NCBI GenBank assembly: GCA_035655395.1
Contig: DASRUP010000076.1
Location: forward strand, 1-43,596
From: Minisyncoccota bacterium
GTDB taxonomy: Bacteria; Patescibacteriota; Minisyncoccia; Minisyncoccales; UBA10102
DNA: 43,596 nt
Direction of reading: 5' to 3'
The notes beneath the pieces were generated by a model that searched no databases, was not told the origin of the DNA, and saw nothing but the letters and a program-made list of their open reading frames with translations. The position numbers were made by a program, and so were the translations under genes. Below are positions 15,956-24,833 of the stretch, one piece after another (the stretch's first letter is position 1; each line of letters starts with the position of its first letter).

Positions 15956-17188
15956 ATGATAGACTTTAAAAATTTCGCATTGCTTTTGGAAAGTATCGCC
16001 GAAGAAAAAGGGCTTTCCAAAGACCGCGTTATTGAAACTGTAGAGCAGGCCATTGCTGCCGCGTACAAAAAAGAATTCGGCAAGCGAGGCCAGAATATCA
16101 AGGCATCTCTTAATATCCAAACGGGCAATATTGAGTTTTGGCAACTCAAAGAAGTGGTTGACCAAGACATGATTTATTCAGAAGAGGAATTAGAGGCAAT
16201 GAAAAGCGGCGAGGAAGACGCGTCTTCGGAAGCTCCCGCAAAAGAGGAAGAGGCCGAAGGAGAAAAGAAAGTCAGGTTTAACCCAGAGCGCCATATTATG
16301 TTGGACGAAGCCAAGAAAATACAAAAGGGAGCGAAAGTTGGCGACGAAATTGAACTCGCGTTGGAAACAAAAACCGAATACGGAAGAATCGCCGCGCAAA
16401 CGGCAAAACAGGTAATTCTGCAGAAAATCCGCGAAGCAGAGCGAGACTCGGTGCTCGAAGAATTCCAGTCGAAAGAAGAAGAGCTGGTTTCGGGCATTGT
16501 GCAGCGCGTAGAAGGAAGAATCGTGTTCGTGGATTTGGGAAAAACGCTCGGCGTTCTCCCTGCAGAAGAGCAGGTGCCGGGAGAATTTTATCGCCTGGGC
16601 CAGCGTTTAAAGTTTTACCTTTTGCGTGTAGAAGATTCTCCAAAAGGGCCCATGATTTTTCTTTCGCGGGCGTACCCCAAGTTTATCTCCAAGCTTTTCG
16701 AACTCGAAGTACCTGAAATTGCGGCAGGAACCGTGGAAATTAAAGGCATTACAAGAGAGGCTGGTTCTCGCAGCAAGATAGCGGTAGCTTCCCATGAAGA
16801 CGGTGTGGATCCGGTAGGTTCCATGGTAGGGCAACGGGGGACAAGGGTTTCCGCGGTGATCAACGAATTGGGAGGCGAGAAAATCGACATTATCGAATGG
16901 GCCGAAGACCCCGAGTTTTACATTGCCAATGCGCTTTCTCCCGCAAAGGTGTTGGAGGTGGAAGTTCAGCCCAAAAACCGTGCCATTGCCATTGTTGCAG
17001 AAGACCAGCTTTCTTTGGCCATTGGCCGCGACGGACAGAACGTACGCCTGGCTGCAAAACTTACCGGCTGGAAAATCGATGTGCGCACGCCAGAAGGAAG
17101 ACAAACGGGTGCGAGTGAAGAAGCAGACGAGGAAGAAAGCGATGCCAAAGAGGAGGTGTCCTCTGAAACCCCGGCGAAGGAGGAATAA
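15956..17188 (+). CDS. nusA: Transcription termination/antitermination factor NusA (with an acidic insertion and an acidic tail)
   Basis: N-terminal domain, S1 domain (GIVQRVEGRIVFVDLG) and KH1/KH2 domains (GSMVGQRGTRV, AIGRDGQNVRLAAKLTGWKIDV). Confidence 0.95.
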   Translation: MIDFKNFALLLESIAEEKGLSKDRVIETVEQAIAAAYKKEFGKRGQNIKASLNIQTGNIEFWQLKEVVDQDMIYSEEELEAMKSGEEDASSEAPAKEEEAEGEKKVRFNPERHIMLDEAKKIQKGAKVGDEIELALETKTEYGRIAAQTAKQVILQKIREAERDSVLEEFQSKEEELVSGIVQRVEGRIVFVDLGKTLGVLPAEEQVPGEFYRLGQRLKFYLLRVEDSPKGPMIFLSRAYPKFISKLFELEVPEIAAGTVEIKGITREAGSRSKIAVASHEDGVDPVGSMVGQRGTRVSAVINELGGEKIDIIEWAEDPEFYIANALSPAKVLEVEVQPKNRAIAIVAEDQLSLAIGRDGQNVRLAAKLTGWKIDVRTPEGRQTGASEEADEEESDAKEEVSSETPAKEE

Positions 17189-17191
17189 TCT

Positions 17192-18217
17192 ATGAAGTAC
17201 TCGCAGAAAGATCTTGGAAAATCGCAAATCGAGATTGACGTGGAACTTGCAACAGAGGAGTTCGAAGCCTACCGGCCAAAAGCAGTGGCAGAACTCGCGC
17301 AAAGCCTTCGGGTAGAAGGGTTTCGCCCGGGGCATGTGCCTGCAGCAATTGCCGCAAGAGAGCTCGCGGAAACCAACGTGCTCGAAGAAATGGCCAGACA
17401 GGCGATTTCTGAAACCTATCGCACTATTGTGCAAGAACAGAATCTGCCTGTTATTGGAGATCCAACAGTGGAAATTCGAAAGATTGCTGCAAACAACCCG
17501 TTTGAATTTCGCGTGAAGGTTGCAGTGGTGCCCGAGGTGCAGCTCCCTGATTACAAGGAATCCGCAGGCCAGGTTGCGAGAAAGCAGGTGCAGGTGGAAG
17601 AAAAGGAAATAGACGAAGCGCTCACCTGGTTGCAGCAAAGCAGAAAAGCGCAAGACAGCTCCACTCTCGAGCTTTCCGATGAGTTTGCGCAGTCTCTGGG
17701 TAACTTTGCTAATCTGGCCGCGTTGCGGGAAGGCGTAAAAGAAGGTTTGCAGCAGGAAAAGGAAATGAAAGAGACAGAGCGGTTAAGGCAGGAAATTGTT
17801 GAGAAGATCGCCGAAAAGTCACAGGTCGCCGTGCCGGAAGTTCTCGTGGAGCGGGAAAAGGCAGTGTTGCTCGACAACGTGAAGCGCGGGGTTGCCGAAG
17901 TCATGCAAATGGAGTTTGCAGAATACCTGCAAAAATCCGGCAAATCAGAGCAAGAGCTGCTCGACTCTTTCGCCAAAGAGGCGGAACAGCGGGTAAAGCG
18001 ATTTCTCGTACTGCGCGAGGTGGCAAAGAAAGAAGGTATCGAGCCAACCAAAGAAGAGGTTGAGCAAGAGGCCAATCAAATTCTTAACCATTATGCTTCT
18101 GCGAAAAAAGCGCAAAAAGAGATTGACCCCGTCAGATTAAAGGAATATACGGAAGGCGTGATACGCCACGAAAAAACATTACAATTTTTAGAACAGTTTG
18201 CGTCACCAAACGTATGA
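17192..18217 (+). CDS. tig: Trigger factor, short form lacking the FKBP PPIase domain
   Basis: The ribosome-binding signature GFRPGHVP is present. The N-domain runs directly into C-domain-like sequence. It is 341 aa, against roughly 430 aa for canonical trigger factor. Confidence 0.85.
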   Translation: MKYSQKDLGKSQIEIDVELATEEFEAYRPKAVAELAQSLRVEGFRPGHVPAAIAARELAETNVLEEMARQAISETYRTIVQEQNLPVIGDPTVEIRKIAANNPFEFRVKVAVVPEVQLPDYKESAGQVARKQVQVEEKEIDEALTWLQQSRKAQDSSTLELSDEFAQSLGNFANLAALREGVKEGLQQEKEMKETERLRQEIVEKIAEKSQVAVPEVLVEREKAVLLDNVKRGVAEVMQMEFAEYLQKSGKSEQELLDSFAKEAEQRVKRFLVLREVAKKEGIEPTKEEVEQEANQILNHYASAKKAQKEIDPVRLKEYTEGVIRHEKTLQFLEQFASPNV

Positions 18218-18795
18218 ACTTGATCCCTACAGTAATAGAAAAAAGCCAATACGGAGAGCGAGCCTACGATATTTACTCCAGGCTTCTGAAAGAGCGCATC
18301 ATTTTCCTGGGTGCCCCCATTAACGACATGGTTGCAAACTCGGTAATCGCGCAAATGCTGTTTTTGGCTTCCAAAGATCCCAAAAAAGACATTCAGTTGT
18401 ATATTAATACGCCAGGCGGCCTGGTTACTTCAGGCCTTGCCATTTACGATACCATGCAGTTTGTAAAATGCCCCATTTCCACGGTGTGCGTGGGCATGGC
18501 AGCTTCCATGGGGGCGGTGCTTTTGGCTGCAGGCGAGAAAGGCAAGCGCTTTGCCCTGCCGAATGCCCAAATCATGATGCATCAGCCCTTGGGCGGAGCT
18601 ACGGGCCAGGCAGTGGAAATTGAAATTACCGCAAAGCAGATCGTAAAAATTAAGGAGCGCTTAAACAAAATTTTGGCTTCACACACAGGGCAGTCCTACG
18701 AAAAAGTGGAGAAAGACACCGACCGCGACTTTTACCTCACCGCAGACGAAGCCACCGAATACGGCCTTATCGACAAGGTCATCAGGGAAAAATAA
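18214..18795 (+). CDS. clpP: ATP-dependent Clp protease proteolytic subunit
   Basis: [19 protein letters not shown]...[14 protein letters not shown]...MMHQPLGG. Overlaps tig by 4 nt. Confidence 0.97.
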   Translation: MNLIPTVIEKSQYGERAYDIYSRLLKERIIFLGAPINDMVANSVIAQMLFLASKDPKKDIQLYINTPGGLVTSGLAIYDTMQFVKCPISTVCVGMAASMGAVLLAAGEKGKRFALPNAQIMMHQPLGGATGQAVEIEITAKQIVKIKERLNKILASHTGQSYEKVEKDTDRDFYLTADEATEYGLIDKVIREK

Positions 18796-18804
18796 GAGTG
18801 GTTT

Positions 18805-18833
18805 TTGACAGGCGGAACGAAATCTGGTATTCT
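18805..18833 (+). promoter_or_regulatory. Promoter TTGACA-17-TATTCT for rny
   Basis: Hexamers at 18805..18810 and 18828..18833. Confidence 0.5.
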
Positions 18834-18874
18834 CTATACTAGAGAAATGACAAGTCAACTGATAAATCGAATAT

Positions 18875-20407
18875 ATGACAGAGCAATTAATCCTGCTTGT
18901 GGCAGGCGTGATTTCGCTTGCGACAGGCGTTATTGTTGGGTACTATGCCCGACAGTCCATTGCCAAGAGAAGAGCGGGGACGGTAGAGCAAAAGCTCCAG
19001 CAAAAAGTTAACGAAGCAAAGGAACAGGCGGATCAGATTATAGTCGCCGCCGAACAAAAAGCAAAAGAAGTCGCCGAGGGGGCGAAATCAGAAGAAGAAC
19101 AGCGCAGGCGCGGATTTCTCAAAACAGAACAAGTGTTTTTACAAAGAGAAGAAACGCTCACCAAGCGTATTTCTGACTTTGAGGAAAAAGAAGACACATT
19201 CCGTAAAAAAGTAGAAAAGCTCCAGAGCGTCGAAAAGGACCTCGAAACGGCGCAAGAAGAGGTAAGCAAGAAACTGGAAAGCGTTGCCGGGCTCTCGAGA
19301 GAAGACGCAAAAAAGCAGATTTTCGATCGCGTCGAAAAAGAATACGAACAAGACATTGTGGGGCGGATACGCAAGTTGGAATCGGAAGGCCAGGAGCGTT
19401 TTGAGCGCAGGGCCAAAGAAATTGTGGCTTACGCCATTCAAAAAACCGCCGTGTCTCAAACCCAGGAAATTACCACCACCACCGTGGTACTGCCTTCAGA
19501 AGACCTGAAAGGCAAGATTATTGGAAAAGAAGGAAGGAACATTCGTTCGTTGGAAAGGCTGGCTGGCGTGGAAATCGTGGTAGACGAAACGCCCGAAGCC
19601 GTGGTGATTTCGGGGTTCGACCCGTTGCGCCGCCACATTGCCAAGGTGGCTTTGGAGCGTTTAATCAAAGACGGCAGAATTCATCCTGCCCGCGTGGAAG
19701 AAGAAGTGGCAAAAGTGCAGGCTGAAATCGACGGGCAAGTGAAGGAAGCCGGAGAAGCTGCGGCCTACGACCTTGGGATTGTGGGGTTAGACCCCAAACT
19801 TATTCAGCTGTTGGGCCGCCTTAAGTTTCGCACCAGCTACGGGCAAAATGTGCTGCTTCACTCCATTGAAGTGGCGTATTTGGCCAGCGCTCTGGCTGCC
19901 GAAGTAGGGGCTGATGTAACCGTTGCCAAAAAAGCCGGCCTTTTCCACGACATTGGAAAAGCCTTAGACCACCAGGTAGAAGGCTCGCACGTGGAAATTG
20001 GCATGCGGGTGCTGGAAAAATTCGGTGCGGAAAAAGAGGTAATCACGGCAATGAAGTCGCACCACGAAGATTACCCGTATGAATCTATCGAGTCCATTTT
20101 GGTGCAGGCAGCCGACGCCATTTCAGCCTCGAGGCCGGGCGCCAGAAAAGATACGCTCGAAAACTACTTAAAGCGCATTGGCGAGTTGGAAAGCCTGGCA
20201 AACAGTTTTGAAGGAGTGGAAAAGGTATATGCCATTCAGGCGGGAAGAGAAATTCGCGTATTTGTGCATCCAGAGGATATCGACGACACAGGCGCTCAAA
20301 AACTCGCCCGCGACATTGCAAACCGCATTGAAGAAGAGCTTCACTACCCCGGCGAAATTAAGGTAACCCTTGTGCGCGAAAACCGTTTCGTTGAGTATGC
20401 GAGGTAG
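18875..20407 (+). CDS. rny: Ribonuclease Y
   Basis: N-terminal TM segment, coiled coil, KH domain (GKIIGKEGRNIRSLE) and HD domain (LFHDIGKA). Confidence 0.95.
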   Translation: MTEQLILLVAGVISLATGVIVGYYARQSIAKRRAGTVEQKLQQKVNEAKEQADQIIVAAEQKAKEVAEGAKSEEEQRRRGFLKTEQVFLQREETLTKRISDFEEKEDTFRKKVEKLQSVEKDLETAQEEVSKKLESVAGLSREDAKKQIFDRVEKEYEQDIVGRIRKLESEGQERFERRAKEIVAYAIQKTAVSQTQEITTTTVVLPSEDLKGKIIGKEGRNIRSLERLAGVEIVVDETPEAVVISGFDPLRRHIAKVALERLIKDGRIHPARVEEEVAKVQAEIDGQVKEAGEAAAYDLGIVGLDPKLIQLLGRLKFRTSYGQNVLLHSIEVAYLASALAAEVGADVTVAKKAGLFHDIGKALDHQVEGSHVEIGMRVLEKFGAEKEVITAMKSHHEDYPYESIESILVQAADAISASRPGARKDTLENYLKRIGELESLANSFEGVEKVYAIQAGREIRVFVHPEDIDDTGAQKLARDIANRIEEELHYPGEIKVTLVRENRFVEYAR

Positions 20408-20424
20408 CGGTCGATAGTCTGTGC

Positions 20425-20453
20425 AAAAAGCGCCTGTTGCAAGGCGTTTTTTG
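20425..20453 (+). terminator. Intrinsic terminator after rny
   Basis: aaagcgcc-tgttgcaa-ggcgtttttt. Confidence 0.65.
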
Positions 20454-20465
20454 TTGTGGTAGAAT
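20437..20465 (+). promoter_or_regulatory. Promoter TTGCAA-17-(TGg)TAGAAT for the antiporter gene
   Basis: An extended -10 TGgTAGAAT at 20457..20465. ATG 20476 is 10 nt downstream and there is no SD. Confidence 0.5.
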
Positions 20466-20475
20466 TTTTTTCGAC

Positions 20476-21696
20476 ATGGAAGAAGCAATACAACATGGAG
20501 CAGGCGTTACCACCTTTCTGTGGATTGCCGTTATCTTGCTTGCCGCGAAACTTGCAAGTTTAGTAGAAAAATTCGGCCAGCCTTCGGTATTGGGCGAGCT
20601 GGTAATGGGTGTTATCCTTGGAAACCTGGTTCTCTTGGGCATCAATGTGTTTGAGCCCATAAAGCACGACTCCATTATTGCGTTTCTGGCAGAGCTTGGC
20701 GTGGTCATATTGCTATTCCAAATTGGTTTGGAGTCAAATATTGCAAAAATGCGCAAAGTGGGCGTGCGGGCGTTTCTGGTGGCAACCATTGGCGTAGTAG
20801 TTCCCTTTGTTTTGGGAACCTATGTGGTAGGGCCATGGCTTTTGCCCGGCCTCGAACAAAACGCCTATCTTTTCTTGGGAGCGGCGCTTACCGCAACCTC
20901 GGTGGGGATCACGGCCCGCGTATTCCAGGACCTAGGCAAGCTGCATATTTCCTCGGCCCAAATTGTTCTTGGAGCCGCCGTCATCGACGACGTCATAGGC
21001 CTCATCATTTTGGCCGTGGTTTCAGCCTTAGTAACGGCAGGCGCCGTAAGCCTTGGCGTGATAAGCTTGATTGTGGCAAAAGCAATTTTCTTTTTGGTGG
21101 GCGCCATTGTGGTGGGGCATTTTGCAGCTCCTTTCCTTGGCAAAATGCTTTCCAAAATTAATACGGGTGTTGGCATGAAATTTGCCCTTGCCTTGAGCTT
21201 TGGCCTGGTGTTTGCTTACTTGGCGCAAGCCCAGTTTGGTTTGGCCCCTATTGTAGGAGCTTTTGCCGCCGGCCTGGTACTGGATCCCGTGCATTTCCGG
21301 TTTTTTAAAGAAGAGCGAAGCGTAGAGGACTTAATTGAACCAGTGGCGTTTTTCCTTGTGCCTGTTTTCTTTATTGTTACAGGAATGTCGGTAGATTTAA
21401 CAACGCTGTTTAAACCTCAAATTTTACTGGTGGCATTGGGAATTACCGCAGTAGCCTTTGTGGGAAAAATTGTTTCAGGACTTGCAGCAGGCCGGGGCGA
21501 CCGCCTGCTGGTAGGTTTTGGCATGATTCCCCGGGGAGAAGTGGGCTTAATCTTTGCCACCATTGGAGCTTCCCTTGGTGTAGTTTCCCCAGACGTGTTT
21601 TCGGTTATAGTTATCATGGTAATTCTTACCACGCTTCTTACTCCACCCATTTTGACCTTCTTGCTTAAACGCCAGCCTGCCGCGGCTGTCGCATGA
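20476..21696 (+). CDS. Cation:proton antiporter (CPA2/Kef-type Na+/H+ exchanger family)
   Basis: About 12 predicted TM helices and typical GELVMGVILG and PRGEVGLIFA motifs. I start at MEEAIQH because the upstream 13 codons overlap the rny terminator. Confidence 0.85.
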   Translation: MEEAIQHGAGVTTFLWIAVILLAAKLASLVEKFGQPSVLGELVMGVILGNLVLLGINVFEPIKHDSIIAFLAELGVVILLFQIGLESNIAKMRKVGVRAFLVATIGVVVPFVLGTYVVGPWLLPGLEQNAYLFLGAALTATSVGITARVFQDLGKLHISSAQIVLGAAVIDDVIGLIILAVVSALVTAGAVSLGVISLIVAKAIFFLVGAIVVGHFAAPFLGKMLSKINTGVGMKFALALSFGLVFAYLAQAQFGLAPIVGAFAAGLVLDPVHFRFFKEERSVEDLIEPVAFFLVPVFFIVTGMSVDLTTLFKPQILLVALGITAVAFVGKIVSGLAAGRGDRLLVGFGMIPRGEVGLIFATIGASLGVVSPDVFSVIVIMVILTTLLTPPILTFLLKRQPAAAVA

Positions 21697-21702
21697 GTGT
21701 CT

Positions 21703-21736
21703 CAAATAAAACAGCCCGCGATGAAAGTTGCGGGCT
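21703..21736 (-). terminator. Second (distal) intrinsic terminator of the orphan minus-strand transcript
   Basis: On the minus strand: AGCCCGC-10 nt-GCGGGCT followed by GTTTTATTT. Confidence 0.5.
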
Positions 21737-21742
21737 TAAGCG

Positions 21743-21790
21743 AAAAAAAAGTGCTAGGCAGCCTCGTGTGGTGCAAGGCACGAGGCTGCC
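21743..21790 (-). terminator. First intrinsic terminator: perfect 12-bp stem plus T8
   Basis: GGCAGCCTCGTG (21790..21779 on the minus strand) pairs with CACGAGGCTGCC across a 10-nt loop, then TAGCAC and TTTTTTTT. Confidence 0.6.
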
Positions 21791-21953
21791 CGACGAGAGG
21801 TGCAACTCCGGAGTTCAGGGCCCCCGGAGAGAGAAATTCGTAGTCATGCCAGGAGAATTCCGTACAAGCTCTGTGCGCTTAAAGCAAAAACGGAATCCTC
21901 CCGGCAACTTCTTTGTAGCAGAGCTCGGTAAAATGTCAATAAAAACAGCGGGT

Positions 21954-22235
21954 TCAAAAATGATAGCCCGCTCCTTTTCTCCTCGGCCACCATGCTCTGG
22001 GGTGTGGTGGGTGAAGTCTCATGATCTCGATAGTGCTGAATGGGGGGTCGAATCCAAGATAGAAGGTCCCCGAAATTAAAGACTTTTCTGTTTTCTGGTC
22101 GAAAACATTCGTCGCAGATACGTTTCGGTTTTCATCTACGCCTTGCAGGGTAGCGATGTAGGCGTCGGCTATTTCTCCCTCGATTCGCCGTATAATAGCA
22201 ACAGAACTTCCTACTAATGTTTGCAATCCAGCCAT
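21954..22235 (-). CDS. Hypothetical 93-aa protein; the coding status of this transcript is uncertain
   Basis: AGGTGA lies 5 nt upstream of ATG 22235 and a consensus promoter lies upstream. The product is MAGLQTLVGSSVAIIRRIEGEIADAYIATLQGVDENRNV.... The C-terminal third (HPPHPRAWWPRRKGAGYHF) looks like low-quality coding sequence. Confidence 0.45.
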   Translation of the reverse strand: MAGLQTLVGSSVAIIRRIEGEIADAYIATLQGVDENRNVSATNVFDQKTEKSLISGTFYLGFDPPFSTIEIMRLHPPHPRAWWPRRKGAGYHF

Positions 22236-22263
22236 GGCGTTCACCTAAAGGTACGAATACACT

Positions 22264-22292
22264 ATAGTACGCGCACCCAAGGTTAATGTCAA
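22264..22292 (-). promoter_or_regulatory. Near-consensus promoter TTGACA-17-TACTAT
   Basis: On the minus strand: TTGACA 22292..22287 and TACTAT 22269..22264. Confidence 0.6.
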
Positions 22293-22302
22293 TGGGAAAC
22301 CA

Positions 22303-22327
22303 CTGTTTGAAGTTAAGCTTCAAACAG
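22303..22327 (-). terminator. Hairpin after the 4-TM gene (10-bp perfect stem, weak U-tract)
   Basis: ctgtttgaag-ttaag-cttcaaacag. The minus-strand tail is GUGGUUUCCC. Confidence 0.4.
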
Positions 22328-22345
22328 CACAGGCTTTGGAGAATT

Positions 22346-22777
22346 CTATTTCCTATTTGCGAGGAGTTTTGCAACGCCGAGATGGAGGACAAAAAGAGGT
22401 AGTGGCAACAGTAAAAGAAATGGTGCCGCCTTAACGTTCCCAATGGTGATTACTAGCTCAGGAGTCGAATAAACATATAAGAAAGCTAAGGCTGCTAGAA
22501 GGACAGGTAGGAATGCGGCAAGAATAAAGAGTGCAATTCTTCTGGGATGATATTTCGAAGGGGTTAATCCTTTTGTCTTTGAATAGATAAACCGAAGTAT
22601 AAGGTAAGATGTGACATTTAGTATAAAAATTTGTACAAAGGTAATTCCAACGAAAAGTACCGTATCACCGCTCTCGTTTAACGCAGGGATTGCCCAGTTG
22701 GCCGCAATAAAATACGAAACGAACCATAAAACTGCAAGTTCGACAATAAGAATAAAGAACGGATTCGTATATCTCAT
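22346..22777 (-). CDS. Hypothetical 143-aa integral membrane protein (about 4 TM helices)
   Basis: Four hydrophobic stretches: FFILIVELAVLWFVSYFIAA, VLFVGITFVQIFILNVTSYLIL, IALFILAAFLPVLLAALAFLYV and APFLLLLPLPLFVLHLGV. I start at ATG 22777 because the longer track ORF overlaps the upstream gene. Confidence 0.65.
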   Translation of the reverse strand: MRYTNPFFILIVELAVLWFVSYFIAANWAIPALNESGDTVLFVGITFVQIFILNVTSYLILRFIYSKTKGLTPSKYHPRRIALFILAAFLPVLLAALAFLYVYSTPELVITIGNVKAAPFLLLLPLPLFVLHLGVAKLLANRK

Positions 22778-22793
22778 ATTCCTATAGTTTATC

Positions 22794-24821
22794 TTACTTA
22801 TCCTTACTGTCAATTGAATCTGTGCCAACAAAGATGTTACCAGAGAAAGTTTTACCAAAGAGGGTGGCTTCCGTTGATTCACAAGTGAGGGTCGTTTCAT
22901 TTTGGCGGAAATGAGACACCAAATCAACATCGCCATCTTTGTCCACGTCTTCTTCATGCCGCGTCATTGCCTTGTTCTTCCCACTTTTGTGCGTTTCACT
23001 CGCGCCCTCAAAAAGTACAGTGGTATGGTCTACGGTTGTAGCGTCGAAAGCATCTGTAGTTAAGATGGCTACAGGGATTACACCATTCCCTTTAGCTTCG
23101 CAGTTCATAGGATTGGTGTCGGAACCAGGCTTAATATCAATTTGTACTTCGTGTACAGAGAATATATCTCCTGCTTGAACTATTGTAGATTTACCGTTGA
23201 TTACAAGAGGAATTTCCCCTTCACCAGAGGTTTCTATAACAAGTTGATCATCAACAACGTCATATTTCAAAATTTGTCCAGCGCTTACTGTTCCTACAAC
23301 CTCGAGAGTTCCTACCGTTATTTGGAGCTCGGCGCTTCCCTCTTCTGCTGCAACTTCCATACTCCCACAGGTAGTTGTTCCGATGAATGGAACGAATTTT
23401 GGTATAGAAAGGAAGGGCCCAATAACCGGGAGAGTTCCTAAGGTGATACATTTAAGTGTATCGAATTTGATGGTTGCGCGTTCGCTGCCGAAATCCGCAG
23501 TAATATGTGCGCCTCCAACTGCAGCATCTCTAATTTTAATGTCGCGATCCCCTCTATTTGTAATGGTACCAGAGGTATTTCTGCCGAGTGGTCCGGGAGC
23601 ATCAAAGTCATTGGAAGGATCATTTGGTTGTGTATCGACGTTGTTCCAAATTCCATCAAAGTCCCCATCACAGCTATCGTTATAGAAGTCGTCCCAAGTT
23701 ATTGTGTTTAAGTTAGTCCAAGAAATAGGGGTAGGCCATCTTTCTGGTTGTTGAAGTGGTCCTCTTGGACTTTCTTTTACGAACGGAACATCATCTTCGC
23801 CCCATCTTCCACCGAACAAAAGCCATTTCTGTGGCGTTGTGCTGATCGAAGGTCCTCCAAGAATGCTATCGATAACGATTCTGAGGTCAAGGGTTCCTAG
23901 TTTCTTGGCAGAAGTTCCGCGATCGCTCCCAATTCCTGTCGGAATAGTTACATCACATACGCCTCGTTGGAAATGATTTGCATGAGATCCCTCTGCAACA
24001 TAAACTACTGGTCTGTCGTTTTCTTTTTCTACATTGTCCCAATTACTTCGATAGCCACCAAGGTGGGCAGAGTAAGCCGATCTTTCAGGCCAAATACTTT
24101 GTTTAACGACCTCTTCGATAGATTTATTCTGTTCGAATATTAACTGGATAAATTCCCAGTCTCCTTCGTGATCAGGGCCTCCTTCCCAACTATTGTAGTA
24201 GTAGAAAAACCAATATTGCAGGACAATGTGGCCTTCATCTTCAAGAATGTGAGCATAAGCAGTGTTTTTATAAGGGATATCAGTAAACGGAATGTGTTCG
24301 ATAAACGTGTTACCGTCCAGATTGAGTTTGTAGTGGCTTTCGGTACGAGAGCTTAAGTCGGTAGGGGCAAGTGGGCTCGTCTCTTCGACTATGTGATTTT
24401 CTGTATTAACAATATCTGCCGTGTCCAAGACGACTTGGATTTCCTGGGGGCGGAAGCGCTCTTCTTCGTGAAAATACAAAATTGGTTTGAACTTTTCAGC
24501 GAGGAGTTCTTCGAAGTTTACGGCAGGAGGAAAAATGGGCGGTGCGGTAGTAGCCTGAAGCGTCGCATCGGCATTTCCCCAGGAAACATTGTCGTTTTCC
24601 CGGGGAGAGATTGTGGGCTGTATGAGGAGTGACTGTACGCCAATGCCATTGCCAAAAGATGCAAATACGCTTTCGACAGGGCTAATAGAGGCCGCGAGAA
24701 CCGAAGTTTCAACAGATGCGTCTGCATCTTCAAAAACAGCAACAGCCTGGGCGTTTGTTAGGCTCGAAGGGAAAATTACAAGACTAACCGCAGCCGAGAA
24801 TAAAACGAAAAACAAGCGCAT
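22794..24821 (-). CDS. Secreted 675-aa protein with a Vps62/DUF946-like domain and a C-terminal Ca-binding (DxDxDGD) beta-sandwich-like region
   Basis: Signal peptide MRLFFVLFSAAVSLVIFPSSLTNAQA. PILYFHEEERFRP and YWFFYYYNSWEGGPDHEGDWEFIQL (24141..24215) match the Vps62 hallmark as I recall it. HEEDVDKDGDVDLVSHF near the C-terminus. Confidence 0.8.
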   Translation of the reverse strand: MRLFFVLFSAAVSLVIFPSSLTNAQAVAVFEDADASVETSVLAASISPVESVFASFGNGIGVQSLLIQPTISPRENDNVSWGNADATLQATTAPPIFPPAVNFEELLAEKFKPILYFHEEERFRPQEIQVVLDTADIVNTENHIVEETSPLAPTDLSSRTESHYKLNLDGNTFIEHIPFTDIPYKNTAYAHILEDEGHIVLQYWFFYYYNSWEGGPDHEGDWEFIQLIFEQNKSIEEVVKQSIWPERSAYSAHLGGYRSNWDNVEKENDRPVVYVAEGSHANHFQRGVCDVTIPTGIGSDRGTSAKKLGTLDLRIVIDSILGGPSISTTPQKWLLFGGRWGEDDVPFVKESPRGPLQQPERWPTPISWTNLNTITWDDFYNDSCDGDFDGIWNNVDTQPNDPSNDFDAPGPLGRNTSGTITNRGDRDIKIRDAAVGGAHITADFGSERATIKFDTLKCITLGTLPVIGPFLSIPKFVPFIGTTTCGSMEVAAEEGSAELQITVGTLEVVGTVSAGQILKYDVVDDQLVIETSGEGEIPLVINGKSTIVQAGDIFSVHEVQIDIKPGSDTNPMNCEAKGNGVIPVAILTTDAFDATTVDHTTVLFEGASETHKSGKNKAMTRHEEDVDKDGDVDLVSHFRQNETTLTCESTEATLFGKTFSGNIFVGTDSIDSKDK

Positions 24822-24833
24822 TGGACTTGCAAG

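Noticed and set aside
16607-17653. A 348-aa ORF antisense to nusA and tig. Similar long antisense ORFs occur at 14106..15005 (cca), 42144..43001 (infB), 29110..29796 (pilB) and 8056..8706.
   Set aside because: All lie opposite strongly supported conserved genes, have Cys/Arg/Phe-rich low-quality translations and have no expression signals.
21700-22071. A possible tmRNA (ssrA) on the minus strand. GGGGACC...GGATTCGAC at 22071..22047 resembles the tmRNA 5' acceptor/D-analog, and the length to the terminators (~370 nt) fits.
   Set aside because: I could not find a T-arm (GGTTCGAnTCC-like) or a 3' acceptor strand complementary to GGGGACC followed by ACCA. I looked downstream for a one-piece gene and upstream for a permuted gene. 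The spacing from GGGG to GAC is 4-5 nt longer than in the E. coli and B. subtilis tmRNAs I recall. No tag ORF ends in a typical ...LAA. The motif also lies inside an SD-preceded ORF. I kept it as a point to check, not as a call.
21693-22079. A 128-aa plus-strand ORF overlapping the antiporter stop.
   Set aside because: Its translation is Arg/Lys/Ser-rich and looks random. It runs through two minus-oriented terminators and has no SD or promoter.
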